A stretch of DNA of 63,987 nt, filler included, from Sphacelaria rigidula (Eukaryota): assembly GCA_964200075.2 (NCBI GenBank). It is 5 parts of 5 records of this genome, joined end to end, with 100 filler letters (N's around TTAATTAATTAA, not from the genome) between each part and the next. Parts side by side here need not be neighbours in the genome. Positions count along the whole stretch, not along the records: positions 12,822 to 25,541 come from CAXNAA020003477.1; positions 25,642 to 38,357 come from CAXNAA020003478.1; 3 more parts are not named here. One strand, written 5' to 3'. This document shows, piece by piece, positions 12,822 to 26,216 of this stretch. The notes beneath the pieces were generated by a model. That model was given only the letters and a program-made list of their open reading frames with translations. It had not been told where the DNA came from and did not search any database. Both the position numbers and the translations under genes were made by a program. Within the stretch, counting starts at the first letter, position 1, and every line of letters starts with the position of its first letter.

Positions 12822-15800
12822 CGGCTGTTCTTGGACTGCGGTGCCCGTAGCCCATCTGGACCACGTGCACTTTTTTCAAGTGCACATTGATGCCGATTCA
12901 GCAGGTGACCTACTCTCGCGGTCTAACGGTCAACCTGCTGCGAAGGTTTGGGAAGGAAGATACTTTCGCTCTGTTTTCCTCTTTCGTATCTTCCCTGCAA
13001 TAGAGAAATGGGACTTCAACCTCATTTTTTTGTTTCAACCCCAAAATTTAAAATCGGCTGTTCAATGAAGGGGAAGGTGCCCATCTGCTCAAAAGTTTGG
13101 GCCCATATTTTCTCGTTGATTAAACNNNNNNNNNAGTAATTCCTATACCTAAGGGAGATAGCGTCAATACTTAACTCTCTATGAAACTCCCGATCGATGC
13201 ATTTAGCGGTTGACAACGAATTTTGGTGTGGAGAATCACCGAAGAGTGCCGACTAATTTAAAACTAAAAAAATGTGCGTTCCATTTTAGTTTATTTTTCA
13301 TAAAGGTTAGGGCTCTCTCCTGAAATATGGTCTCCACCGTAGTAGAACGCCCTAAACCAGTGGAAAATTTTGAAAAAAAACAACCTGACCCACTTTGTTT
13401 TGTTGATTATACCCTAGCCACGCCCCACACAAAGTTTCAATACACACACACCAAATAAATGTGGGCCGGTAAATGGCCTGCAAAATACTGTTTCGAATTT
13501 CTTCTGACCCTGTCACTAAACGGTCGACTATACGGCCAATACTTGGAGTTGGACCCTGAAATTTGGGATGGACAATGAGTAGGGCATAATACAAAAAACT
13601 ACTGGCGTACACAAGGGATTTTCGTTTTTTTCATGAGTAAAGGGCAATAATCAGTTTTTAGATATCTGTAAAATGCCCCTAACTCATGAAAAAAAAAGAA
13701 ATCCTTCTCGGCTGGCCCAGCTCGTACAGTGTTCTTACCTTGAGGTGAAATTCGCCCCAAAAGACGCTTCGATACTAAAACCAAGTAGTCAGAAGTCGCA
13801 CGTTTCAAATGCATGTCCTCCACAAACGCGCAAACCCCCACGCCGTTATTTGAAGTTGGATCCTGAAACTCGGCACAAATATACATTGTATCATTATTAG
13901 GCAACTTTCTACGGACGGACGAGGTTTCTTTACTTCTTGAGTTTTTCACTTTTTTTCCGGGGTCCGACCGGATCGAAGTCATTTCTCGAAGTAGTCTCCG
14001 TTCTGGAACCTCGAAAAACGGCACTACCACGATTTGTCGCCGCATAACCCAAGGAAGGGCCCAACAAAATTTTGTTGCAAAACTCGATCAACTGATGCTT
14101 GAATTTTCGTGTTCACGTCGAAGAAGGCCCACAAACGCCGTTCTGGTACAAAAACCAAGTAGTGTGCAGTTCCACCGCGGTACGCCAAGTTCTTCGCACA
14201 AGAGCAAAAAACTCTCTAAAACGGCGTGAGGTTTTGCCGATCAGTGTTTTTTGCTTGTTTACCGTGAACCAGCTCGTATCGTAGCATGACCAGGTGTTGC
14301 AAGTTACGTACTGGAGTAGCGCTCAGAGCCAGTGTATAAATCATGAAACCGGGAGCGGAGTTGGAGACGCCTCTGATGGGAAAAGGTTGAAACGGGATAA
14401 CTGTGTCAGTCTCTTGACCGCGAGGGCAGGTCACGTGCTGAAACGGCATGAATGTTTACTTGAAAAGAGTTTGCGTGGGCTACATGCAGTATCACCACCG
14501 TGGTGTGACTTGAGGAGATCAATGAGGGACGAACGTTTCACATATCTTTTTGGTCGCCCATCATACTACCACCCACCACTGGGCACCGCGACGGGTCAAT
14601 TTTCGGTCCTCGAAACTTTTTCTTCGTCGAAAATTGGTCGGTTGTTGAAGCAGTGTATCTCATACGGATAATAAACAAATGATCAAACGGAGAAGTAAGC
14701 AAGGAAGCTCCTAGCTGTTCCACCTCGTTTGAATTCATCCGGAGTTTTCAAGTTTCAGGGGAGATTGGCTTCATGTTACCATGTACCCAGCTCACCCATC
14801 TTGTTGACACAACAACGGCGGGCGGTTTTGTTGCAGCGTCCCCGTATGAGATCAGGTTGCCCAGGGTAAGTACATCTCGCCTGATGTTTTCCTGTTTCGT
14901 CCGTGGCACTGAGCGATATTGAAACACGTGACCTTTTGCCTTCTGGACAGAAGGTGCATCTGTGCGTTGCGGGACACAGCGTTCTACTACCCGCCTTTCA
15001 TCATGTACGCGCGCCCTAGCAACGACTCCTCCGCAAATATCCAACCTCAGTATTTGTTCTCTACCGCACACGCTCCCACAAGGGCGATCGTAGCCATCCG
15101 GGTGTAGGGTGCGGTACCTTTTGCGGATCATTCCAGTAAACATCGGGTTTGGGGGTACAATCTCTCTCGTGAGTCAATATATGAGGGATACTACTGTTAA
15201 TGCTGGGTTCGTTCCCCACACTTCTTTTCCTTATTTCACCACGGCTACATTCGTGGCGGGTCATCCTAGCCCAGATAACGTCTTCATGTGCGCATTAGTC
15301 GTCCGTCAGCGGTCAAGGAAGTGTTCGGACGGTCAGGCAACGTACGTACCGAGTCGGCCTCGGAGCTTGATTCAAGTGAATGAGCGGCATGACCTCTACC
15401 CTCGAGTGAACAGTTTCAGCTAAACGATCGGAGAGTACCTTTCTCCGACGACACTCTCGCAAACATGCAGTCAAATTCAAAAATATCAACTCGGAGCGCC
15501 AACTTCTCACTAGGAAGCGAAAATATTTCGGCCTCGCCACGAGATCACGACCGGACTCTTGTCATCTTGTTGATGATCATCTTCACCGCTACTGTTACCA
15601 ACTTGTTTTTTTTCAACGAGACCCTCATGTACTGCACAAACATATATGCACCAAAAACCTCGTGCTACAAAAAGCAGGATAAAACAAAAATGCACGTTCC
15701 ACTCCATTGACAACACCCACGGATAATAATCCAAACACAGCTTGCGCGCGCGCGTGTGTGGGACATGTAAAAACGCCAAGACATCAATCAAACCACGGCA

Positions 15801-16660
15801 AAAAAGAGCATAGAACAACTACCACACTCTGGTACACTCATCGACAATATCTCATCACTGCTGTCCAAAAAATACCAAACCCCGTGACGACGGAGTGACG
15901 GGTCCCGCGGGCGTTTCAAATGTTATGCACTCGCTGTTTCGAGAGCATCCAAGAGCGATCATCATCATGCCGACCCCTCGGACATATCGCCGGCAACAAA
16001 CAAAAAGTTTTTCATCCCTTTTCACCTGCACCCACGGTCATTTCTTGCTCCACAGCGCCATCTTACAACGATAACATTCGGAAAAATCCTCCCCTCTCCT
16101 ATTCGCTTCCCTTCCCGCTTTCAACCAACACTGTTTTTTTTTTTCGGTTGGCTTGACGCTCAACCCACGCACAAACGTCTGTTGAAACTTGCCAAAATCC
16201 AGCACCATGGGCGGGGACGAGAGATTCATCGATCACCAGACTCAAATGCTACGTACCGCAGTTCTCGCCAAATCTCACCACATTGTAGACGAGGACGGCG
16301 AACTACGACCTACATCGCGTCCATGTCCACTACCCCCCAGTCTCCATCGCGTGTTCTACTAGTACGATTGGCTATTGCTACCGACAACCTCAAGGGCAGC
16401 TGGTTCAACATTTTCGCTACTTTCGTCACACTGAGCAACAGAAAAAGGGTTGCTGGCAGTTGGACACTGTAAACGCATGTCTCTGGTCGACAAGAGCCAC
16501 TCTGTCCCCCCTGATGACCTCCACAAGTGGAGCGAGAAATGGCAAAAACTGATCATCAATCCCGTCATTTTTGCTTTGGTTCCTCCTCTTCGACAACAAG
16601 ATTGAGACATCAGAATGAGGACGGCGAATCATCATTACTCGCTCAAGTCTGCCGTTACAT

Positions 16661-19600
16661 TCAGGTCCGTGTGGCCATTACTTCCACCAGCTTCTCTTCC
16701 ACCTGCGAAAATCTGCTGGGACCCGCGGGAAGGTCTGCCACCCTGTTTTGTTCACAAGGCCGGGCAGCAGGATGCGTAATTGGGGAAAGGGGGCGCGCGG
16801 GGGAAGCATTCCAGAATTCAAGTCGCGAGGTTTCCTGCACGTGATTGTGGGATAGTTTTCCTCGTTTGTTTCGAAAGAGCGCCGTACAGACGAAATAATC
16901 AATAATTTTCTCCGACTCCGTTTTGGGGGTCTCGGCCGTGAGGGTGAAATATCCCACTCCTTCAAAACTTGGGCCAAGTTTTTTCACGCATGGCGGGAGA
17001 GCCACTCTCATCTACTCTCCCGGGCGAAAACTTCTTCTCTACAGTCGATCGATCTGTGATATCAGCTCGTGTCTCCAGGGTGTTCGGAGATTGATGCCTG
17101 CCTCGGGCAGCTATTGTACACCAAATGAAAAAGTTGATTATTGGGAAAGGAAAGGGGGTGACTCTCGACAGCATCCAACAATCCCCACCTGAACACACAT
17201 CAAGCATGTTCATCAAAACTCGCCTTGAAAAAATGAGACAAGCTGATTTTTTCAGTTCAATGTGCACTATAGCGGTTGTACAAACGAAATCTCGAAGCAC
17301 TCTAATCAACTGGGACGCAATTTCTGGATTTCATGTAATAAGTAACGCTGCTCCTAATAATATCTTGTTTCGGTGTCGATAAATCTCATGTGCCCTGTAT
17401 CTTGAGCCATAGCGAATTAGTTGAGGTTGAGAGTATATATCGTCTCCTCGTGCTCCGGGGAATAAACCACATATTGTTCATAGTTTTATGGAGACTCAAG
17501 TATGGACGCTATCTGGTACAAGAGTCCATCCAAAACTGACAAAAATGGCCCAGACTGAGCAGATGGGCATCTTCCCCGTACGATACGTGAATCACGGTCC
17601 AGCTCGTCTGAGTCGATGGGATTTTGCTTCGAGGGCTCAAACCGGTTTCTAGGTTGGCCCAGCTCGTGGAGCTCTCCGGTTCTCACCTTAGGTATACACC
17701 GCGAGCGAAGAAACGAGCCTGAACGATCACGACTCAACGTGATGCTGGCTAAGTGGATGGATTCGATTTGTACACATGACGTACAACTGCTCAACACGCA
17801 CCTGCCCTCTTCAGTGTAGATCTGGACCGTGGGTAGTCGCCTGATGCCTAGCTGCTTGCACAAGTCCTTCGACGTCGTGAACTTGAAAAATGGAAGAACA
17901 TAGGGGGGTTCCAAAACGATCGTTGAACATTGTTGAGACGACGGTGTTGAGGCAGTCTGGCAGCATAAGTCAAGTCCACACATTTCACAAATATACACTC
18001 CGAGTACATGTCATGAACTAAGCGACCACCTACACTGGGTACAGGATACAAGGATCGACGGTGGGGAAAACAATCAGATTCGATTCCACCACTTGGTGAG
18101 TTGAAATTCTTCAGTGAAATTTTCGATTTCGAAATATCGCGAACCCCTCGGGTAAGGGGAGCACTGAGTGTATGCCAGACAACATGTGCGTTGGTCGATC
18201 TTCACCCTTGGACGGCGGTGCGGACAGTCCATCTGGATCATGCAAACTGTTTTCAAATGAACATCTGTCACAACTCAGCAGGTAACCTACCCTCGCGGTC
18301 AGAGGGTTGAATCGGGGTTGCAACGCCGATCCAGACTAAACCGCGGTTTGTGCACACCAGAAAAAACTGGGACTGTTAGCCTCACCACAGATACGAATTT
18401 CAACAGTAATTCTAAACAACGACGAGTTTTGAGAAGTTGAGCGCACTGAAAAAAGCAGCGAAGCTCCCCAACCGGGGATGTAAACTCCGTGCGCGATCAC
18501 ATCCAGTAAACGTTGTCATGTGCATCGTCCGTTCAACTCCCGATAGTCAGCACCTCGGACGGAGATTTTTTCATGATTGAAGAATACCACAGGCATTCGT
18601 GTGCAGAGGGGGCGAAGTATAGTACAGTACAAAACTCTATTCGCCAGTACTGATAGGCGGACGGAAAGGAGGCGGCTCATATCCCCTCATTTACCCCGCA
18701 ATTGCCCTCGCGGTTGTACTTCCACATGTGTTGTTTACATCAGCGTAATCATGTGGAAGACGGAATGAAGGCGGCGTATTCTTCCCGCTTCACCCCTCAA
18801 CAGTGGCCCTTGCGGTTGCACTTCCAAATGTATATTCACATAGGGGGCACAGTGGATGGGATGGCGGGAGGCAGCTGTCGGGAATGCTGAATTTCGACCG
18901 TGCAGGACCGACACGAACAAGACAATGCTGTTACTTCAACAGTTTCATACGCCAGATATCATCCTACTCGGAGTGGTCGGGGCAGGGACCGATACTGAAC
19001 GAAGTCCTCCTTCGCAGAACCCGAAAACGGCAGGAGACCGACGGACGCTTTCGGTGCAGTCTTCAACACTGTTTTGGTTCATGTAGTGTATTTTTTTCAT
19101 CTCCCGACCCACGATCAAACGGAAGTATCGCGAAACATTTTACAGAATCAGTGGACCTGTGCGAGTAATGAGAAGCCCCCTGTTTATCCCGTGTCTGTTG
19201 AACAAGAAAAAAGTCTTGAGGCACGTACAACGGGAATAACATACGTCATCATACAACTCGTTGTATTGATGATTTCAAACAATAAATGTGGAGTTATGAA
19301 CAACTCAAATGACTCACTACTCGCCTCCCCGAAACCATTTCTGTGAGTTGAGAGGTGTAGATGAAACGTGTCGAGGCGGGGGACGAGACGGGGATAATGA
19401 TATTTTGTCTCGTTGACTGTGCGGTGTTCTCACTAACGGAAAAATAACAAGGTACCATAGGCACCCAAACGATGTTTTTTGTTCCACAGTCTTGAACATA
19501 AGTCAACCATTGCTCGGGAACAGGCGCTCCCAGCAGTGGCAGAAATCGGGATATGGCACAATTCCGCACAAAAGCGACGTCCTGAATTGAAGCCTAGCTA

Positions 19601-21410
19601 GGTTCAACTGCAGGTGAGGATTTTCGAGAGGCGTAGCGACCACAAGGCCGAATGAGGCTCCGCCCGCATGCCGACCTCACAACAGCAGTGCCGTGACTCA
19701 GGCCGGGTCCAGCTGCACGAAGTGGTCACAGACGCCCTTCGACACGTTTCACATCCGAGTCAATAAATTCTGCGGCGTCTCGGCTGACGTGATGCACCCA
19801 CCATGCTAGCTGCGATAGGTCAAGTTTGTGTGAAACTAAATACACTGTTCAGAAAAATAGAAACACGGACGCCCTTCAATCAAGTGACGCATGTCTGCCT
19901 ACACTGCTATAAATGGCGACCCACACCAACACCTCTCTAGAGAAGCCAAGTAAGTGGGAAGTAATGAAGACGAAATATTCTCGACAGTCGTCTCTATGAT
20001 GGGATACAAGTGCTCAGCATTGGCAGGGGGACACGCGCAATCGATATTTCGAGAACGCACTCATACCTCGACTTGAAAGAACGCCACATCGCTTGGATCT
20101 GCGTTGCGCGAGAGCTCTTCGAATCGCGGCCTTATCTCATCGCATGCGCGGCAGAATTGGTCGTAAAACTTGAGCACCACAAGTTTGTCTTGGTTTTCCG
20201 AGAGCGCAGCCAAGTAGTCGTCGTGGGAAGCGATCGCCTGATTTGTTTTTCACGGCAAAGTTTGACGGCGGTGGGGGTGTTACGAAAACATGCGTTGGTG
20301 CGGGCGTGACGAAATCTTGTGGAATAATTTGTTGTGTCGTATCGATCCTCTTTACATTGATGTACACTACTGGATGTCTCCAGCATGCGGGCTGCTCAAC
20401 AGAGGAGTCAGCAGTCCGTCGCGGGGTGCTGTGGTACCAACGACGTCCACGTGTTCGACACGCGATGGTGAAGGGACACCCCGGATAAAATGTTCGCGCA
20501 TGCGATGCGTCTCGTCTTGCTCTGCATCAGAAGAGTGTCAGGGGAAGCGCTTGGAGCAAGCAAGACGCGCAGAACAGGGGCAGCATTTCGCTCATGCTGT
20601 AACTGGTGTATTACGGAGCAAACCCCACAAAACCCCGACACACAGCAGCGGCTGAAGTCGCGGGAGCGTCTTGGTTCGAACTCTTCGCTGTACTCTCCAT
20701 TAGTTTTTCCCGAAGATGACCGAGTATCTTTCAACGCGCGGCAAATATGATGACAAAGCAAGCCCCTGGAATTTTGAAAGCATCGTGGACATCTCGAGGG
20801 CCAGAGCGTGTCTCCTGTTTTCGAAAAACGGGGACGCTACCGAATGATCAGTGCCACCGCATTTTCATTGCGCGGCGATTTTTCTCCAATACAACGTTAT
20901 TTTCAAACCGGTTCGCGTGGAATTCTCATACCGTCAGTAATATGCAAACGATGTTTACTATTCTTGTCTTGTGCGTGACTGTGTACCAATAGACCTCATT
21001 GTAAAACTCCACCAGCCCCTCGACCTTCAGAAAGATTATTTTCAACATAGACCACACATGCGAACGATGACTGCTGTAAAAACGGTCTAGAGAACAACTA
21101 AAAGTACACACACTGGCTGACGCTGCACCTTACAAGCAGTACCAACACCACACTCTAATGTACACACCTTGATAGACAATGATCGGCTGTCAATCTCAGG
21201 CGATAAGGTCGGCATATTCGCAGCTGGGGGAGGTGTCGCCAAGGCCATCCTCGTGCTCGTTTGCGCCATTCGGTACGCCGCTTGTGTTGTTTGTTGGACG
21301 GTTGCTGGTGTCGCAGCGCGTGGGTTTATAGCTGCGGGGCTAAACACAAAGGCGCCGCCGGATGCCGCGCAGAGGAGCATAACCAGAGTGGCAAGCGCTG
21401 TTCTGACCAT
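16661..21410 (-). CDS. Plastid-targeted atypical thioredoxin, 191 aa; exons 21410-21168, 20237-20067, 17881-17802, 16742-16661
   Basis: All three introns are GT-AG with consistent phase. N-terminus is a signal peptide + AF motif (MVRTALATLVMLLCAASGGAFVFSP) + Ala/Thr-rich transit peptide. Trx fold: KLVVLKFYDQFCRACDEIRPRFEELS..VAFFQVE|F..DLCKQLGIRRLPTVQIY. Confidence 0.88.
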
Positions 21411-23028
21411 GCTTGCTGTCGATATTATCCTAGCTAATCACCTGTGTCTCCGTGGCGCAGCTCGTGCGGGTGTATGAGGTGCTATTCGTGGTGCACCAGT
21501 TGTTTCGTACTCAGATTTGCACAGGTTGTACCGTTTGAGCTTCAAGGCCAAGTGATGGCAGAGTAGTGGTGACCCCCGAAGCTGATGATGTCCTTTCGCC
21601 GACACTCACGGAGGGCTTGAGCTGTAGAAGTGGGATAGTGGTAGATCGGACGAAGTGAAATGTCACGTGACGGGTCGAGATGCCAGCGTTTTCCAAGGTC
21701 CAGCGACAGGTGTTCCGGAGTTAGGTGTTCTCGGGTCTGCGTCGGATCAGAGATGGAGTACCCCACTGCGTGACACGTCTCTGCCGTTTCTGCCGAATTT
21801 AGTTGGCTTTTTTGGGGGGGGGTCCAGTCAGAATCTCAAAACTTTGTATTCCTCAAGAAGGTTCTCAGGTGTGAGAACCGGTTCTCAGGATAGATTCGCG
21901 AGCCGGTCGAAGATAGGCCGCATCCCAAGATACTGCGGCATGAGACGGCGATATATACGGGAAGAGGGGAAGAAAGCGAGCTCGCATTTGGTTCATTGCC
22001 TCTATTTTACGCATAGAGATTGTTATGTGTTATTCAATCACTCAATCACGCAACGTTTTTCACTCCTGCGCAAACGACAGCGTTTGTATTGTGCGCGAAA
22101 CTTTGTTCGAATTTCATGTTCGGGCGAGCCAATTATCTTCGCGTACTCCCTCGACTGTGAAGCAGTCTGTGAAGCACATCAAAAGTGCAATAAAACAACT
22201 ACTTACCCTCTGCGCTCTGACATCCTCCTGGTACCTAAGGTACGATTTGGCTACATGACATCAGCGCTTTTGTTAGCATTATCGGGGTGATACTGTTATC
22301 GAGCGGTGATAGCATCGGCTGTTGGGGGTTTGGTGTGGTACGCGTGGTGGGTAAGGAGTGGGCAAGAAAGCCTGTCCGTTCGATCGAGTACCGAGATGAA
22401 ACATTGATTGCATTCTCAGACGGGAGAGAAGGGTAGAGTGCCTTGCCAATCAGGACTCCCTCCTTGTGGTCCATGCCGTATGCAGGGAAAAAACGAGCAG
22501 GAGTGGTGGACGTTTTGTGAGAAGGTGGAGCAAATACCTCCCCCCCTCCCCCCCCCCTCCTCCCGCGTGAAAAAGATGCATCTCCAGAATGAAACCGTCA
22601 TTTTTCTGCTTAAAATTTTGACGTGTCCGCATCCTTCCGTCAATCGTGTACCAGAATTGTTCGTAGGGCCGCCTGACTTATACATCACCACGAGACATAC
22701 TCTCGCTCAGGAGGTACTCCTAGACTTACCGCGCAGTCCCGCACGCAAACGTGTTTGATGCCATTGTATTGAGTGCTCCACGAGGCGCACCAGCCCGTTG
22801 GTACGGGCGGCGGATGCATGCAGAACGCCATGCGCCGTTCAGTGACACGTTTGACCTACCACGTTTGAACATACAGTACGAGTATCGTACACACAGCACA
22901 GTAGTACCACGGTAGTCCACAACCCAACACCTTACAGCACTCTACGGAACCGTGCCATGTAGTGCAGTTTGCACCACTACACAGCTGTAGTATCACTGTT
23001 GTCGTCGAGGAACAGCACGAAGGACAGT

Positions 23029-24836
23029 ATGCTCGCACCAAGCAACGCCGAAACAGGGTCGTCTGTAGTGTTCAACAACCCAGACCAAGCCTCGGGCGGT
23101 GCTGTCGGCACATACAAGGGGCGTAGGTTCGTGCCAAAGGATAAGGCTGCAACAAAAACATCGGCCGCCGGCAGACTCAAGATACCCAAGAATGTTAACC
23201 TCGAGGGATTACACCAAGCAATGGAGGATGACTCCAGGGCAGTCGATGTCCTCAAGCGCGAGGTATGCAGTGGGGCCTGCTGATGGATATACAGTGAATC
23301 AACCATGGACCAGTTTTGATGCGTGTTGTGTGTGTTGTGTTATCATGACATTTGTTCTGGACTTCAGTCAACACTTTTCGGTATATGTGCGCACATCAGG
23401 CGGGGTCACGCAGAAGGAGGGTCAACACAGGAGATATCCATAATTCATTGTTGTTTCACCACTCCACTATCCTTCTGCGGTGCTTGCCTTTCTTTTATCG
23501 CGAGAAGGGATCAGCGGTCGGTTTCCCTCGCCGACCGTGAAATCAATTTGTTTTGCCCACGGCATAGTCGATCTCCATTGTTAGGCATAATGCGAGAAAA
23601 AAAAACAGTTCGTTATGTGTGTCTGGTGTATATAGAGACCTTAACATGAGCTCGTGGCAGTAATCACACGGAATGTAATACAACACACCTTAGTACATTA
23701 CTGTACACTGACCCAGCTGTCTTCATGAGAAAAACGGCGACTTACCGCACGTATCGTCGGCACGCGCATGGTTCTCGCCTGCGGGATTTCTCATTGTACA
23801 GTAGAAAGTCGACTCACCAACATAGGTGAACACGAGCGATACTTCATACGAAGACCACCGTGGACGTCAACATCAATGTAACGCGCCACATGCGTCTTGG
23901 GTAGCGGCATATTGACCTTGGCCTGCCAGGTGTGTCCGTGTGCAAGTTTCTACGTCAAGAGTCGATTGATGCATCGGTGCGTCAAGACGATATGGCTATC
24001 CTGGATCCGCGTGAATGATCCTCTAACCAATAACCTACCAGAAACGTCTGCTTGAAGCTCGAGGATTGCCGTACCTCGCTTGTCAGCCACGACCGGCAGG
24101 TTGACCACCCACAGTAGACTGGCAGCAAACACACACACTTCAGCTTCGGAAACGTGCAACTTCGGGAGCGAAACCACATGATGCTATAGGGCTGTAGGGT
24201 ACGAGCAAAGAAGGGTCCTGGTCCACATAATTAGACACATTCCTTACTTTCTTGTCGTAGTTTTGATTCCTTCCCTCCCTCGGGAATAGTGCGCGATATC
24301 AGGGGAGTAACCCATCTTTCCCCCGGTACATATCTAGCATTTTGGCATCGCGGATTGGATCATGACCATTAGCACTCTCGCGTCGCGTCGAACCTCGTCA
24401 GATGAATGTTTTTCGCAATTCGCGTTCTCATGTTTTCAGTGGTGGAAATCATATACTCCTCAAAAAAACGACCCGAACTCATCTGGCGACATTCGAATCC
24501 GCATTGGTGCGACCTAGATGGTATCAGTTGCACCAATTAGATCACGGGGGCGCGGCGGCTATGCCTACAAAACGGTTATTGGGTATGTCAGCCAAGAAAT
24601 AATGTTCTGGACTTTAACGTACACGCCAAAAAGCACAAACGGGCGATTGGGCGTGCCAGGTTGTCTTGGCGCAAGAGGAAGAGGCGGAGGAATCTTTTGA
24701 GCAGCTGGAGATGCTCAAGCGGACCCACGACAAGCTTCGCACCAGGGCTGAGGAGCTGGAAAGTATCAACGACAGGATCTACGGAGAACTTGAGATTGCC
24801 AAGAAGACCCTCATGGTAAAAAGTCCTCAACACTAG
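23029..24836 (+). CDS. Unknown protein with C-terminal coiled coil; exons (22985 or 23029)-23262 and 24660-24836; 5' end uncertain
   Basis: Donor GAG|gtatgc at 23263 and acceptor ccag|GTT at 24660 are in frame. Exon 2 reads VVLAQEEEAEESFEQLEMLKRTHDKLRTRAEELESINDRIYGELEIAKKTLM with coding-like codon usage. Confidence 0.6.
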
Positions 24837-26182
24837 ATGCTGGTTAGGAACTCCAACAAATGACTTCGGAAAACAACACACGTGCTCAAGAATCTACTGC
24901 CAAGTCGATGCGATGCACTATTGCCCATGTACTAGCTGAGCTACGATGGAGGATTGAGATTGCTTTGCGACAATATGCCAAGAGGCGGAACCTTTGAAGA
25001 CTAGATATGACATTAGAAGTTGATAGTAGCCACCGCTACTCAGCAGTGTTTCAAGGAGAAATCATAGTTGGTTCTTTTCGTCTTCGAGCCAACTATGCCC
25101 TGTCGTGTGGTTCGTGTGATATTTCTACGGGAACTTTTACGCGTTTCCTCGCGTGGGCTAACGCATCCTCTTTTGTACCCCACTTTTGAGATGATTTACC
25201 CTTGACTCAGAATGTTCTGCCCGAGCTCATAAGTGTTTTGACGACTGTAGGTGTGCCCACGCAGGCACAGCCAGCTGTCACATTTGGCCAACGCGACTCG
25301 ATCCCACGCTTTTTGCCCTACTTGGCGTGGCATTTTTTCCTTGCAATATTCTCGAGGCACGGGAGAACACATCGCATTCCCGCAGAAGCAGTAACTGTAC
25401 TGTGTGAAAGAGGTTTCCGTCGGAGCTTGAAAATATCCCCCCTGCGCGCGCACTTTTAGGAGTAGGAACGGTGCTCCGTCTCGAAAGGGATGCGTAGTCA
25501 ATGGTCAAACGACTAAGGCAAGCAACAAATGAGTACGCCCCNNNNNNNNNNNNNNNNNNNNNNNNNNNNNNNNNNNNNNNNNNNNTTAATTAATTAANNN
25601 NNNNNNNNNNNNNNNNNNNNNNNNNNNNNNNNNNNNNNNNNGTCGAGGGGGAGTGAAGGGGGGGTGGGGTGGGGGGGGGGGTGAGAATAGAAAGACAAGA
25701 ATAACACCCCCAAGAAACGGCACAGAAACGAGCATATGCTTTCGGTCTTCTTGCCTGACGTCCAGCCACAACTGGTTGTTGCCCTGAGTAATGCAGAACC
25801 CTTGGTCCCAGCAGCTAGGGCTAGAGAAGTCTTGATCGTTCCACAAAACCTGAGCAAGAACATGACGGCAACCGATATAAGGAGGGAAAAAAGTAAAAAA
25901 AAAAAAAACGAACACACATTACTATAAAGCACGTCATCACCGTATACCGGTGAAGATTCAAAACGCAGAAGTCATTTTCCAAACGCTGCATGAGTAGTCA
26001 TGCTCTGTCACAACACTTCGTCAGCCACGTGCATTGTACTGCTTCCCCTCTCTTCTCTCGGTTATCATGGACATTTTCCAGAGAGAAGTCGATGCATCAA
26101 AACGACAAGGAAAACAAATGCAATCATTTTCACGACATTCCCGCCGGGGGGTAGTAGTTCTCCACCGCTTCCTTGCGTGCTG

Positions 26183-26216
<34 letters not shown>

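Noticed and set aside
12822-16600. Many short ORFs suggesting an endogenous viral segment
   Set aside because: No recognisable viral or transposase motifs; ORF lengths fit chance in degraded repeat DNA.
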